A stretch of 64,000 nucleotides of DNA from a virus, in the IMG/VR virus record IMGVR_UViG_3300025108_000015, positions 64,001 to 128,000 of that record; one strand, 5' to 3'. Position numbers and translations under genes: made by a program. Below, in pieces: positions 10,230-19,769 of the stretch. The notes beneath the pieces are model-generated. The model saw nothing but the letters and a program-made list of their open reading frames with translations. It was not told the DNA's origin and made no database searches. How positions within the stretch are numbered: the first letter of the stretch is position 1; each line of letters opens with the position of its first letter.

Positions 10230-11317
10230 TGTCACTATACAAACAACATATGGGTGTTCGAATTGCCGAAGGTATTGACCTTGATATGATGAAGCTCATC
10301 AACAAGGCTATGAAGCAAATGCCCGGCTCTCCAAAGCAAAAGAAGACTATTGCACAACTAAATAAGTTGAGAAAATCTGCCGGACTTGAACCACTCAAAG
10401 AAGATATCAAAATACCAATTAAAGTGGGTGATACTGTTTTAGGTGGTAAATTCAAGAACAAGAGAATTGTAGTAAAGTCAATCGGTAAGAATGAAAAAGG
10501 TGATATCACAATCAATGGTAGACCACTCCTAAAGTATCGTATTATAGATAAGGTAGAAGAATCCGTACTAGCTGATAAGATTGAGTGTGACAATTGTGGT
10601 TCGACTTGGATGAAGAAAGATGGTGGTGATGACTTATACATTTGTCATAAGTGTGGTCACGACAATCAGAAATACGACAAAGCAGATAAGAGTTATAAAC
10701 GACTCAATGTAGGTGAATCATCTATCAACGAGTTTGGTGGTACTTTGTTTCATTTAGTTGGATTTGATTCAAACAACAAACCAGTTCAAAAGATAATCAA
10801 AAGGGTATCCGACTCCTTTATGAAGGATGTTGCCAAGTATGGTTCTGAAAAACTATTCAAAAGTGGTAAGAATGTCGAGTATGTAAAGATATACTACGAC
10901 AAGAACCATTTGGTAACTGTAAAAGATGGTGGTAGAAAAATAGTCAAAGAAAAGAGTTGGGGTAAGTTACCAATCAACGAAATCCCAATGGGAGACCTTC
11001 AGAAGATTGACCAATTCGCAGATAAGAAACTCAATCCAGTAGATGTAGTTCTAACTGACAAACATTTCTTTGATAGATTGAACGACCCCCGTAATGGTAA
11101 AGAGATATCACAAGCAGAACTCATAGGGTTCTTTAAACGATTGAGTAAGAAGAAGAAAGAGTTTGTTGAGTTTTTAAATCAGTATAACTCATTGGTGGCT
11201 GTGGATGATAGAACAAATCTTAACATTCCATTTATGAAGCAGGCAAACAAGGCAATCGCAAAAACAGTGATGCGTAAAAAAGATTTCAAATCTTCCGACA
11301 AAAAGTTGGATATTTAA
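10229..11317 (+). CDS. Modular hypothetical protein (zinc ribbon among several small modules)
   Basis: CDNC...CHKC zinc ribbon; modules joined at ..E| linkers. Confidence 0.65.
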   Translation: MSLYKQHMGVRIAEGIDLDMMKLINKAMKQMPGSPKQKKTIAQLNKLRKSAGLEPLKEDIKIPIKVGDTVLGGKFKNKRIVVKSIGKNEKGDITINGRPLLKYRIIDKVEESVLADKIECDNCGSTWMKKDGGDDLYICHKCGHDNQKYDKADKSYKRLNVGESSINEFGGTLFHLVGFDSNNKPVQKIIKRVSDSFMKDVAKYGSEKLFKSGKNVEYVKIYYDKNHLVTVKDGGRKIVKEKSWGKLPINEIPMGDLQKIDQFADKKLNPVDVVLTDKHFFDRLNDPRNGKEISQAELIGFFKRLSKKKKEFVEFLNQYNSLVAVDDRTNLNIPFMKQANKAIAKTVMRKKDFKSSDKKLDI

Positions 11318-11338
11318 TAAATTATTCGTATATTAGTA

Positions 11339-12103
11339 ATGAAATTAAAACAACTCATATTAGAAGGAATGTACGATAAACTCACGGGTGAAATCAATAA
11401 AGACGTATTCAAAACTATCAAGAATGCTATTAAGGGTAGTGGTACTCAAGAGAAGCCAAAGAAGTTTAAAGGGTATGATGTTCGTAAAGACCCAATGCCA
11501 ATGGTAGGTACAATGCAAAACCTATTTCAAGGTGAAAATAGAACATTATATGTTGGTGACTACACTGATAAAGTTAGTGGTGTTAGTGTTGAGGTTGAAC
11601 TCAAGCTCGCAGTAACTGAGGATGGTGTAGAGCCAGGTAAGTTCTTTATAGATGGTTCAGCTGAAGCTGATGAGGATTTCCCATCGTTGGAAGTAAATAT
11701 TGGTATTCATTCCGATGATGTTAATGGTAGTGTATTTTCAAAGATACAGCCAGTACTCAGAGATTTAGTAAGACATGAGATAGAACACCTAACACATGGC
11801 AAGGGTTCCGGCGCAGAGAAGTCTGGTAAGAGGATGAGAGGTGATACTGCGATGAGACGAAAGATTCGGTCTAATCCTAAATTGTATTACAAATACTTCT
11901 TACTACCAAAAGAGGTAGATGCAAACATCCACGGATTGTACTCTAAAGCAAAGACAATGAAACAACCCTACCAAAAAGTGGTTGATGATTACTTAGACTC
12001 GTTGGTTGATGATGATGTAATCACAATTGAGAAGAGAAAAGAAATTTATAAGAAGTGGAAGAAACGAATCCCAAAGATTGGTGGACTCCCTAAATTGAAG
12101 TAA
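11339..12103 (+). CDS. HExxH zinc-metallopeptidase-like protein
   Basis: LVRHEIEHLTH plus downstream LPKEVDANIHG. Confidence 0.55.
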   Translation: MKLKQLILEGMYDKLTGEINKDVFKTIKNAIKGSGTQEKPKKFKGYDVRKDPMPMVGTMQNLFQGENRTLYVGDYTDKVSGVSVEVELKLAVTEDGVEPGKFFIDGSAEADEDFPSLEVNIGIHSDDVNGSVFSKIQPVLRDLVRHEIEHLTHGKGSGAEKSGKRMRGDTAMRRKIRSNPKLYYKYFLLPKEVDANIHGLYSKAKTMKQPYQKVVDDYLDSLVDDDVITIEKRKEIYKKWKKRIPKIGGLPKLK

Positions 12104-12104
12104 T

Positions 12105-12674
12105 ATGGCTAAAGTATTAAGAGTTTTTGACTTTGATGACACACTTGCAACAACAGTGTCGTACATCTATGTAAAACACAAAGATGGGACTAAGACCACA
12201 CTATCGCCAGAGGAATATGCAAAGTATACCGAAAAATCTGGTGACGAGTATGACTTTAGTGACTTCAATCGTATGTTGAACAAACCACAAGTTATTAAGA
12301 AGAACTTCAAACTACTCCAGCGTATGTTAAAGAACCCTTCTAAGAAGGTAACAATCTTAACTGCACGTAAGTTAGGTTTCCCTATACGAAAGTTCTTTAA
12401 AGACGAGTATGGGATGGATGTATATCCAGTAGCACTCGCATCTAACAATCCAAAGGACAAAGCAGATTGGATTGAAAAACATATCAAAAAAGGATATACT
12501 GACATCGCATTTATGGATGACTCCATTAAGAATGTAAGAGCAGTGGGTAATCTACAAAAGAAATATCCAAATGTCAGAGTTAAGTCAGTACTCGCAGTAG
12601 AACATCTCAGTTCTAATGAAAAGACTGAATTAATAGAAAATTACCTATCTAACACATTCTTAGATATCATATAG
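12105..12674 (+). CDS. HAD-superfamily phosphatase
   Basis: FDFDDTL (motif I), ILTAR (II), K (III), FMDDS (IV). Confidence 0.8.
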   Translation: MAKVLRVFDFDDTLATTVSYIYVKHKDGTKTTLSPEEYAKYTEKSGDEYDFSDFNRMLNKPQVIKKNFKLLQRMLKNPSKKVTILTARKLGFPIRKFFKDEYGMDVYPVALASNNPKDKADWIEKHIKKGYTDIAFMDDSIKNVRAVGNLQKKYPNVRVKSVLAVEHLSSNEKTELIENYLSNTFLDII

Positions 12675-12719
12675 ACTATTTATAACCATAAGTTACTTAA
12701 TTCAATTAGGACTACGTAA

Positions 12720-13097
12720 ATGGCTAATACGCAAAAAGATATACTTAAAGAAATTCTTGTAGAAATTGCTGAAATGAAGGGTAAGTTACCAAATGGTGAA
12801 CTTAAACGTATGGAAGTGAGTATTAACGAGATGAAAGAAGATTATTCAGACTTAAAGACTGATGTATCTGATATAAAATTTACACTCTTAAATCCTGAAG
12901 ATGGTGTAATAGTACGTGTCAATAAAAACACGGTATATAGATATGACCGCGAAGACAAACAAGAGTACTATGATGGCGTACTAACCGAATTTGAAAAAAT
13001 GAAAGATTGGAAGGATGGTGTTACCAAAGCTCTATGGATTTTATTTGGTTCAATGATAGGTGTACTCGGATACATTATAAAATCCAACTTTATGTGA
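12720..13097 (+). CDS. Coiled-coil protein with C-terminal TM helix
   Basis: ORF with C-terminal ALWILFGSMIGVLGYII. Confidence 0.6.
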   Translation: MANTQKDILKEILVEIAEMKGKLPNGELKRMEVSINEMKEDYSDLKTDVSDIKFTLLNPEDGVIVRVNKNTVYRYDREDKQEYYDGVLTEFEKMKDWKDGVTKALWILFGSMIGVLGYIIKSNFM

Positions 13098-13499
13098 TTT
13101 ACTAACTTTCTTAAAACTATTTATGATTATATGATTAACTACGAACAATCGGCAATAGACGAAGTATATGATATTATACTATACAATCCGGACGTTCATA
13201 GTGAAATGAAGTTAAACATAGTAGATAACCTACTTGAGTATTACACTAATATCGAAGAATATGAAAAGTGTAAAAACTTACAAGAGTTACGGTTAGTTAT
13301 GGAGAGAGAAAATGAATCTAATAATAAAAAGACTTAGTAGTGAAGTACAAAGTTTAGATGGCAATACATTGATGTATGTTCAGACTGAAGGTGGTACTAA
13401 CATAAGAGCCGAAGTTTGTACCGAACAAGAGGTTTCAAACTATATTTACATACTAAAATCAGACTACGATATAAAACAAGTTATATATTTTGACCTTTA

Positions 13500-13739
13500 A
13501 TGGATTCCCGACTATATTTATTAAATGATGATATCCACTCGTTTGAAGACGTAGTGTTTGTTTTAAAACGTTACTTAGGTTATTCAGACTTACATGGAGC
13601 ATCTATTGCTGAATTAGTACATAGAACTGGTAAGTGTGAAATAAAGATAGGTGAGTTCTCTACATTAGAACTTGTCAAAGAAGCTTTAGTAAAAGAAGGT
13701 TATAACGTAAGATTGGAAAATGATTATGAAGGATACTAA
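13500..13739 (+). CDS. clpS: ATP-dependent Clp protease adaptor ClpS
   Basis: LYLLNDDIHSFEDVVFVL and ELVHRTGKC match the ClpS N-degron pocket (NDD, H). Confidence 0.75.
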   Translation: MDSRLYLLNDDIHSFEDVVFVLKRYLGYSDLHGASIAELVHRTGKCEIKIGEFSTLELVKEALVKEGYNVRLENDYEGY

Positions 13740-13926
13740 ATCCCAAGGATTGGGTGATACAATTGCAAAAATAACATCTGCTACTAAATTAGACAAGTTA
13801 GCAGAATCAATTGCTGATGCAGTTGGTGTGGATGATTGTGGGTGTAAATCGAGACAATCCAAGCTAAATAGAATGTTTCCATACAAAACTGGTAGAGACC
13901 CTAAAAACTTTCCAACAAAGGACTAA
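13726..13926 (+). CDS. Small conserved phage protein (GLGDTIAK...DCGC..RQ.KLN..FPY)
   Basis: Motif recognised from marine phage hypotheticals. Confidence 0.65.
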   Translation: MKDTKSQGLGDTIAKITSATKLDKLAESIADAVGVDDCGCKSRQSKLNRMFPYKTGRDPKNFPTKD

Positions 13927-13927
13927 T

Positions 13928-14857
13928 ATGAATTTGATTAATAAGTTGATAAAGGAAGTAATCACCGAGGAACAACTCGATGAGAAACTCATTACATATA
14001 ACAATAGAAAACCATATGGTCAAGTAGTATTCTTGGCAGGTGGTGCTGGAAGTGGTAAGGGATTTGCCAGTTCCAACTTCTTAGACTCAGCTGGATTTAA
14101 AGTTCGTGATGTCGATGAAATGAAAAAACAACTCCAAGTCTTAAATAGAATGGGTAAACTCACAGTTTCAGATATCCTAAAAAAGTATGGTAAAAAGATA
14201 AAACCAAAGGATATGGAGATTGTTAACAAGGTATTTAACACCGAATTGCCAAGGGGTGGTAAACAAACTCTTCGTAATCTTAATCTAAAAGATCCAGACC
14301 ACGTGGCAACACTACATTATTTGGTAAAGGCCATGGGTATTAAAGATAAGTCTTTAGAGAATATGTTGGCTGCTACAAACAATCCAGAGACACTTCCTAA
14401 CATTATGTTTGATATCACGGCAAAAGATTTAAGTGATATTACTGATGTACTTCCTTTATTGAAAAAAGCAGGTTATGATTCTAAGAACATTCACTTGACT
14501 TGGGTTCTTACAAATTATGTAACAGCAATGGAAAACAATAAAAATAGAGAACGTATGGTACCTGAAGATATTCTTCTAAAAACACATGAAGGTGCTTCAA
14601 ATACAGTTTGGTCATTAGTTACACGAGCACTACCAAAAGGAATGAATGGTAGAGTTGACGTTATCCTAAACAACCCACAACATACTGTATTCTATACGGA
14701 TGGGGATGGTAAGACCATTAAAGGTGGTGTTAAGGGTTTCCTTTCACTTCCAGTCAAAAAAGCAGGTGGTTCAATCTTACCAGAAAAAGTTTGGAAAAGC
14801 AAACTATTTGATTGGATAAAAGATAACGCTCCTGAAGTCATTTCTAAAAATATGTAA
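13928..14857 (+). CDS. P-loop kinase, zeta-toxin-like
   Basis: VVFLAGGAGSGKG Walker A, VRDVDE, IMFDIT, lid ENNKNRER. Confidence 0.6.
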   Translation: MNLINKLIKEVITEEQLDEKLITYNNRKPYGQVVFLAGGAGSGKGFASSNFLDSAGFKVRDVDEMKKQLQVLNRMGKLTVSDILKKYGKKIKPKDMEIVNKVFNTELPRGGKQTLRNLNLKDPDHVATLHYLVKAMGIKDKSLENMLAATNNPETLPNIMFDITAKDLSDITDVLPLLKKAGYDSKNIHLTWVLTNYVTAMENNKNRERMVPEDILLKTHEGASNTVWSLVTRALPKGMNGRVDVILNNPQHTVFYTDGDGKTIKGGVKGFLSLPVKKAGGSILPEKVWKSKLFDWIKDNAPEVISKNM

Positions 14858-14875
14858 TAAAACTAAAAATAAGTT

Positions 14876-15460
14876 ATGAGAGTAAATTCATTAATCGTAG
14901 ATGATTTTTATACGAATGTAGATGATGTAAGAGCCTTTGCGTTATCTCAAGAATTTGGTATCACCGGTAATTATCCGGGCAACAGAACAAAGTCATTTGC
15001 TAACGATACTATCAAGGAATACATAAATTCACTAATACGACCCACGGCAGGTGAAATTACATATTGGGCAACCGATGAATATAATGGCGCGTATCAATAT
15101 ACCACTCAAAGAGACCGCTCTTGGGTTCATGCTGACCAAACAACAACGTGGGCTGCATTAGTATATCTTACACCAAATGCACCATTAAGTGGTGGAACTG
15201 GATTGTTTAGACACAAAGAGACTGGATTGGAAATGTCACCTAAGTTATCAGATGGTACAATTGACGATGAACTACTTAATGTAGTCTACAAGGATTCCCA
15301 AGATATGACAAAGTGGGAAATGACAGATAGAATTGCTAATAAATATAATAGATTAGTGTTATATAGAGGTGATTTGTTTCATATATCATTAGACTACTTT
15401 GGTACTAACAAAGAAGATGGTAGATTATTTCAGACATTCTTTTTCAATACTGAATATTAG
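14876..15460 (+). CDS. 2OG-Fe(II) oxygenase (DUF6445-like)
   Basis: IVDDFY, WVHAD (HxD), VYLTP..P..GGT.LF, NRLVLY.G..FH.S, R..QTFF. Confidence 0.75.
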   Translation: MRVNSLIVDDFYTNVDDVRAFALSQEFGITGNYPGNRTKSFANDTIKEYINSLIRPTAGEITYWATDEYNGAYQYTTQRDRSWVHADQTTTWAALVYLTPNAPLSGGTGLFRHKETGLEMSPKLSDGTIDDELLNVVYKDSQDMTKWEMTDRIANKYNRLVLYRGDLFHISLDYFGTNKEDGRLFQTFFFNTEY

Positions 15461-16107
15461 TGAACTACTCACATAAACATAAGTTTGTATGGGTTGCGCC
15501 ATTTAAGGTAGCAAGTAGGGCAACTGCAGATTTCTTTAGAGAACACTCAGACCTAAATCCTCACCTACCAAATAAAGATAATCCTGGTATGATATTCACC
15601 CATACTCAAGGATGGCCTGAAGAATGTCCGAGTGATTACTCATACATTGTGAATGTCAGACATCCATATTATAGGTGGATTTCGTATTGGAAGCATGACC
15701 TAAACGACACTACCGAATTAAAACCCAATACACCAGACCCATTAACAGCACTCAAGAGTGTTACTGATGAGAGGTGTATGGCTTGGTCCGAGTGGAGAAT
15801 TATATCAGATTACCCAATTGACTATATCCTTCACGCGGAATCAGTAGAAGACGACCTTCGTAAACTTCCATTCGTGGATGATGATATGGAGATTAAGTTC
15901 ACTCGTAGTAATCGAAGACCCACACAAATACCATTGGGTACAACTTGGGATGAGGAAGAACTCAGAGAGTTGGTATATGATAGATTCAGGCAAGACTATG
16001 ATAATTTAGGATATGGTAAGTGGGATAACTACGACCACATTTGGGATTGTAGTCCAAAGACTGGCGCAAACATCAGGTCAGTCAAAACTTTCCCAACAAA
16101 AATTTAA
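15460..16107 (+). CDS. Sulfotransferase-like protein (Sulfotransfer_2)
   Basis: 5'-PSB-like FVWVAPFKVASRA; 3'-PB-like VRHPYYRWISYW; RQDYDNLGY. Confidence 0.6.
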   Translation: MNYSHKHKFVWVAPFKVASRATADFFREHSDLNPHLPNKDNPGMIFTHTQGWPEECPSDYSYIVNVRHPYYRWISYWKHDLNDTTELKPNTPDPLTALKSVTDERCMAWSEWRIISDYPIDYILHAESVEDDLRKLPFVDDDMEIKFTRSNRRPTQIPLGTTWDEEELRELVYDRFRQDYDNLGYGKWDNYDHIWDCSPKTGANIRSVKTFPTKI

Positions 16108-16159
16108 CAATTTCTTAACATTAAAAGCTTGTGTAACTACTACTTTTTCACTATATTTA
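16104..16159 (+). promoter_or_regulatory. Direct-repeat promoter TTAACA-N5-TTAACA-N8-TTG-N20-TATATTTA
   Basis: TTAACA 16104 and 16115, TTG 16129, -7 box 16152. Confidence 0.8.
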
Positions 16160-16187
16160 CTATGTAATAATGAGAGAGATAAAGCTT

Positions 16188-16418
16188 ATGACAATTAAAG
16201 AATTTTACTTAGACAACTACCCAAGTGATGAGTTGGGTAATGAGATTAACGAGAACTCAACCTTCGTTGGGTTACTTTGGATGTTACAAACCAAACGTTC
16301 TGTCTACGACTTTCTTGGAATCTCCGATACTATTGTCAGAGAACGAGTGTTTCAAGAGTTGGCAAAACAGCTTCGATTAAGTTACACCACCATCTACGAG
16401 ATGTGGTTGAAAGCTTAA
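16188..16418 (+). CDS. Hypothetical early protein
   Basis: Follows the promoter; likely ATG 16188. Confidence 0.6.
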   Translation: MTIKEFYLDNYPSDELGNEINENSTFVGLLWMLQTKRSVYDFLGISDTIVRERVFQELAKQLRLSYTTIYEMWLKA

Positions 16419-16470
16419 CAATTTCTTAACATTAAACATTTGGTGATATCAAAAATTATCACTATATTAG
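16415..16470 (+). promoter_or_regulatory. Direct-repeat promoter (same geometry)
   Basis: TTAACA 16415 and 16426, TTG 16440, TATATTAG 16463. Confidence 0.8.
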
Positions 16471-16498
16471 TACTGTAATAATAAGAGATATAAAAGTT

Positions 16499-17044
16499 AT
16501 GAAGAAAGAAAATCCAAACATCCAAGTTGACTTCCAAGGAGTCCGTTACAACGTTCGTAAGACTGCTCTAAGAACTTACACCTATGGTGAGAACGAAGGT
16601 AGTAGGTATTTGAATATTGGGCCAACTGAGGGTGGTCAGATGACTAAACAATACGTTAAGACCATCAACAAGAACTACCTTTGTAAGGTCAAAGCAGAAC
16701 ACTTTAGTATGGGTAACTCACTAAATGTTTATGTGACTATGAAAGATGGGTCACCAATTCCACAAGAAGACTTTAATAAAATCAAAGACTTTGTTGAGAT
16801 GTTCAAGTATGGTAGTTTCAATGGTATGATTGATATGTACGAAACTCGAAACGCAAGTTACGAAACCGACAACGGAAACCACATTGAGGGTGGATGTAAA
16901 TACACCCACGTTAGTAACACACCACGATTCGGAACAGTTGAGTGGATTGTCAATGAGGTAACGAATCTTGGTAGAACTCTTGAGGATACTACACAATACG
17001 TTTCTAACAAAAAGATTGTTGAAAGAGCAGTGGCTCAACTTTAA
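16499..17044 (+). CDS. Hypothetical early protein
   Basis: 181-aa ORF between two promoter cassettes. Confidence 0.7.
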   Translation: MKKENPNIQVDFQGVRYNVRKTALRTYTYGENEGSRYLNIGPTEGGQMTKQYVKTINKNYLCKVKAEHFSMGNSLNVYVTMKDGSPIPQEDFNKIKDFVEMFKYGSFNGMIDMYETRNASYETDNGNHIEGGCKYTHVSNTPRFGTVEWIVNEVTNLGRTLEDTTQYVSNKKIVERAVAQL

Positions 17045-17096
17045 CAATTTCTTAACATTAAAAGTTTGGTGGTTGACTAAATAATCACTATATTAG
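17041..17096 (+). promoter_or_regulatory. Direct-repeat promoter (same geometry)
   Basis: TTAACA 17041 and 17052, TTG 17066, TATATTAG 17089. Confidence 0.8.
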
Positions 17097-17301
17097 TACT
17101 GTAATAATGAGAGATATGATAAATAAAATTGATTTTAAGTTTTTAGTTGCTTCTTTAATGTTTTTAAGTTTGGGTGTATTAACACTTAATGGTAACATTC
17201 AAAACTACGTTCACTTCCAAGACCCCTTAAACGAAATGGGATTTGCATTCTTAGGGTTTTTCGGTGGTGTTTTATTCGCATTAGGTATTAAAAAATAAAA
17301 T

Positions 17302-17610
17302 ATGGATTGTAAAATAATAATTGGTTGTCAGTATTACGAAAACTATAACGTAGGTCCGGAAGGATTCGGTGAAGTTCCACATTGGAAACCCAAAGGTGGG
17401 CATGATTTCCAAATCAAAGTGGATTCAGATTTGTTGTTGTATTCTAATAAGTTAGAACAACATTTAACAAAGTTGGTTGAGGCTCAATCAACTATTGCTG
17501 AAAAGTTTGAGTATCGTGAACACAAACTTGAATGGAGTGAACCATCGGTTTTGAGTACGGAATCTTTGTATGAACTAATTCGAACAGAAGATGAAGAAGT
17601 GGCAGTATAG
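17302..17610 (+). CDS. Hypothetical protein
   Basis: ORF in co-oriented array. Confidence 0.6.
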   Translation: MDCKIIIGCQYYENYNVGPEGFGEVPHWKPKGGHDFQIKVDSDLLLYSNKLEQHLTKLVEAQSTIAEKFEYREHKLEWSEPSVLSTESLYELIRTEDEEVAV

Positions 17611-17782
17611 AGAAATGGGGTCTCGCGATAAGAAGACCAAGAAGCTAAAATACTACAATGTATCAGTTGAGAACTGGAAGATTGTAGATTGTGAGTGTCC
17701 GGCACGTGAGTTCCGTAGATACACCCCTTGTAAACATATGAAACGACTATCAGAAAAGATGTCAAACTTAACAATAAATTAA
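17591..17782 (+). CDS. SWIM zinc-finger small protein
   Basis: CECP...PCKH (CxC-xn-CxH). Confidence 0.65.
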   Translation: MKKWQYREMGSRDKKTKKLKYYNVSVENWKIVDCECPAREFRRYTPCKHMKRLSEKMSNLTIN

Positions 17783-17822
17783 CATAAAAACTTGTGTATG
17801 TCGAATATATTTCGTATATTAC
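17768..17822 (+). promoter_or_regulatory. Direct-repeat promoter (N7 variant)
   Basis: TTAACA 17768 and 17779, TTG 17792, TATATTAC 17815. Confidence 0.75.
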
Positions 17823-17853
17823 ACCTGTAATAAGAGAGAGAGAGATAATAAAC

Positions 17854-18207
17854 ATGAAACAAAAAACTATTTTCAGCGATATTGATGGGACTTTAGTTCA
17901 CCAAGTACAATTCGAAAATATTGACCCGTTCACTTCCAAAGCACTACCTGGCGCTGTTGAGATTCTAACTAAGATGTTCAAAGAAGGTCACCACATTGTG
18001 TTGACTACTGCACGTCCAGAAGAACTAAGAGACACTACCATCCAAGAGATGGACTTGTTAGGAATTCCATTTCACCAATTGGTAATGGGTATTGGTCGTA
18101 GTGAACGTATTTTAATCAACAATACAAGTACTAAGAACCCCAACGAGAAACGTGCTACGGCTATCGAGGTTCAGAAAAACAATGGTATTGAAGGTTACGG
18201 ACTATAA
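17854..18207 (+). CDS. Small HAD-family phosphatase
   Basis: IFSDIDGTL, VLTTARP, FHQLVMG; start ATG 17854. Confidence 0.7.
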   Translation: MKQKTIFSDIDGTLVHQVQFENIDPFTSKALPGAVEILTKMFKEGHHIVLTTARPEELRDTTIQEMDLLGIPFHQLVMGIGRSERILINNTSTKNPNEKRATAIEVQKNNGIEGYGL

Positions 18208-18228
18208 AACTTAAAAACAAATAAATAT

Positions 18229-18405
18229 ATGAAAAAGTTAGCCAAATGGGCACCAGCCCTAATCGCATTAATCGCATTACTCTATTCAGTAGCGTTAGGT
18301 TCGATGGGTCGTACTGAAGAAGCACAATACTCTTCACATTGGCCAAGTACCTTAATCCTATTCTATCTACTAATAGACAAAATTAAGAACACGGAAATAC
18401 AATAG
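18229..18405 (+). CDS. Small membrane protein (58 aa, not in track)
   Basis: MKKLAKWAPALIALIAF...; read by hand. Confidence 0.55.
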   Translation: MKKLAKWAPALIALIALLYSVALGSMGRTEEAQYSSHWPSTLILFYLLIDKIKNTEIQ

Positions 18406-19262
18406 TTATGAGCTTTTCAATGTATTTTGTAGGTTTTGTAATTTTTGTATTGTATATGTACTTTACTATTTGGAACATTAATAATGGTTCTAAAAAGCAA
18501 GAAGAAGATTACTACCAAAGACATAATCAACCTAACCCATCTGATTATGATGGCATGGGCAATTATAGTAGGTTCCCTAAAGATGAAATGGACTAAACTA
18601 TGGATTGGTTATTACTATTACTTATCGGAATACTTGGTGGTTCTACTACTTATGGTATGATACGTGTATTATCGTATCTTCACGATAAGGAGAATGGATG
18701 ACTAAAGAAGATTTAATAGAGCTTGGATTTGATAGATTTGATGAGTATGATTCGGATGTTGGGGACTGGTATTACTATGAATCAACATGGAATGGTATTG
18801 AATTAATTACAAATCCATCAGATGAGTGGAATTCTAAAGGAATGTATGTCGAGATAATTGATACAGATGTAAGATTCCGGTCACTAAACGATTTATGGGC
18901 ACTAAAGGAGATACTTAGTAATAATATGAAGTAATGAGAGATAACTTAAAAACAATAGTTGTACATATACCAAAGCGGTGTAGAAAGCCAAAAATGGATA
19001 TATTCGATGACCACATTGATAAAGTTAACAATGCACGTTCAACTAAATACTTACCAGATGATACCAATATTATTGCAATGGGTATGGGTGGTCAAGGTTT
19101 AATTGATATGTATAATGAGAAACACTTTGGTATTAAACGTAAGGTAGTATCTAAAAAGGTGGTGAGTTTAAAGAATAAAAATACCACTAAGAAAAAAGTT
19201 AATAAATCTGAATTGAAGAAAGCTATATCTAACCAAAAGTCATTTGTTAATGGTGAAAAGTT

Positions 19263-19293
19263 TTGGTAATCTCAGATTTATTTTGTATATTAG
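19263..19293 (+). promoter_or_regulatory. Bacteroidota-type promoter upstream of groES
   Basis: TTG 19263, N20, TATATTAG 19286. Confidence 0.65.
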
Positions 19294-19316
19294 TAAATAA
19301 TAAAGGAAAACAAGTT

Positions 19317-19601
19317 ATGAAGTATCAACCTTTGAATGACTATGTGTTAGTCAAAACTATCAAAGAAGAAGAGAAAACTAAAGGTGGACTCTACAAACCA
19401 TCAGACTCTAAAGAGCAAATGCATGGTGAAGTAATATCAGTTGGAAATGGTATCTACACATCCAATGGTACATTGATACCTATGGTTTTAAATGTAGGTG
19501 ATAGAGTAATTGTACCAAATACTGGTATCCAAATGAAGTTGGATGGTGAGAAGTACAATATGTATCGTGAACAAGAAATTCTAATGGTAATCAATGAGTA
19601 A
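19317..19601 (+). CDS. groES: Co-chaperonin GroES
   Basis: YQPLNDYVLVK, KTKGGLY, GEVISVGNG, LNVGDRV, REQEIL. Confidence 0.9.
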   Translation: MKYQPLNDYVLVKTIKEEEKTKGGLYKPSDSKEQMHGEVISVGNGIYTSNGTLIPMVLNVGDRVIVPNTGIQMKLDGEKYNMYREQEILMVINE

Positions 19602-19769
19602 GATTAAACGTTGGATTGATGACGAAATGTCAAAGGGTATTGACCTATTACATCCAGACAATCAAGGATTTGATGATGATTATCAAGAAGAAGGTTTTGG
19701 GGAATGGTGTCACTACTCAGGAATGCCATCACCAAACGCATACGATAATACTGAAGGTTTAGATGAGGG

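Noticed and set aside
16104-17822. Integron attC interpretation of the TAACAA-starting elements overlapping stop codons
   Set aside because: No long palindromic arm, no terminal GTTRRRY core and no integrase in the window. The geometry fits promoters.
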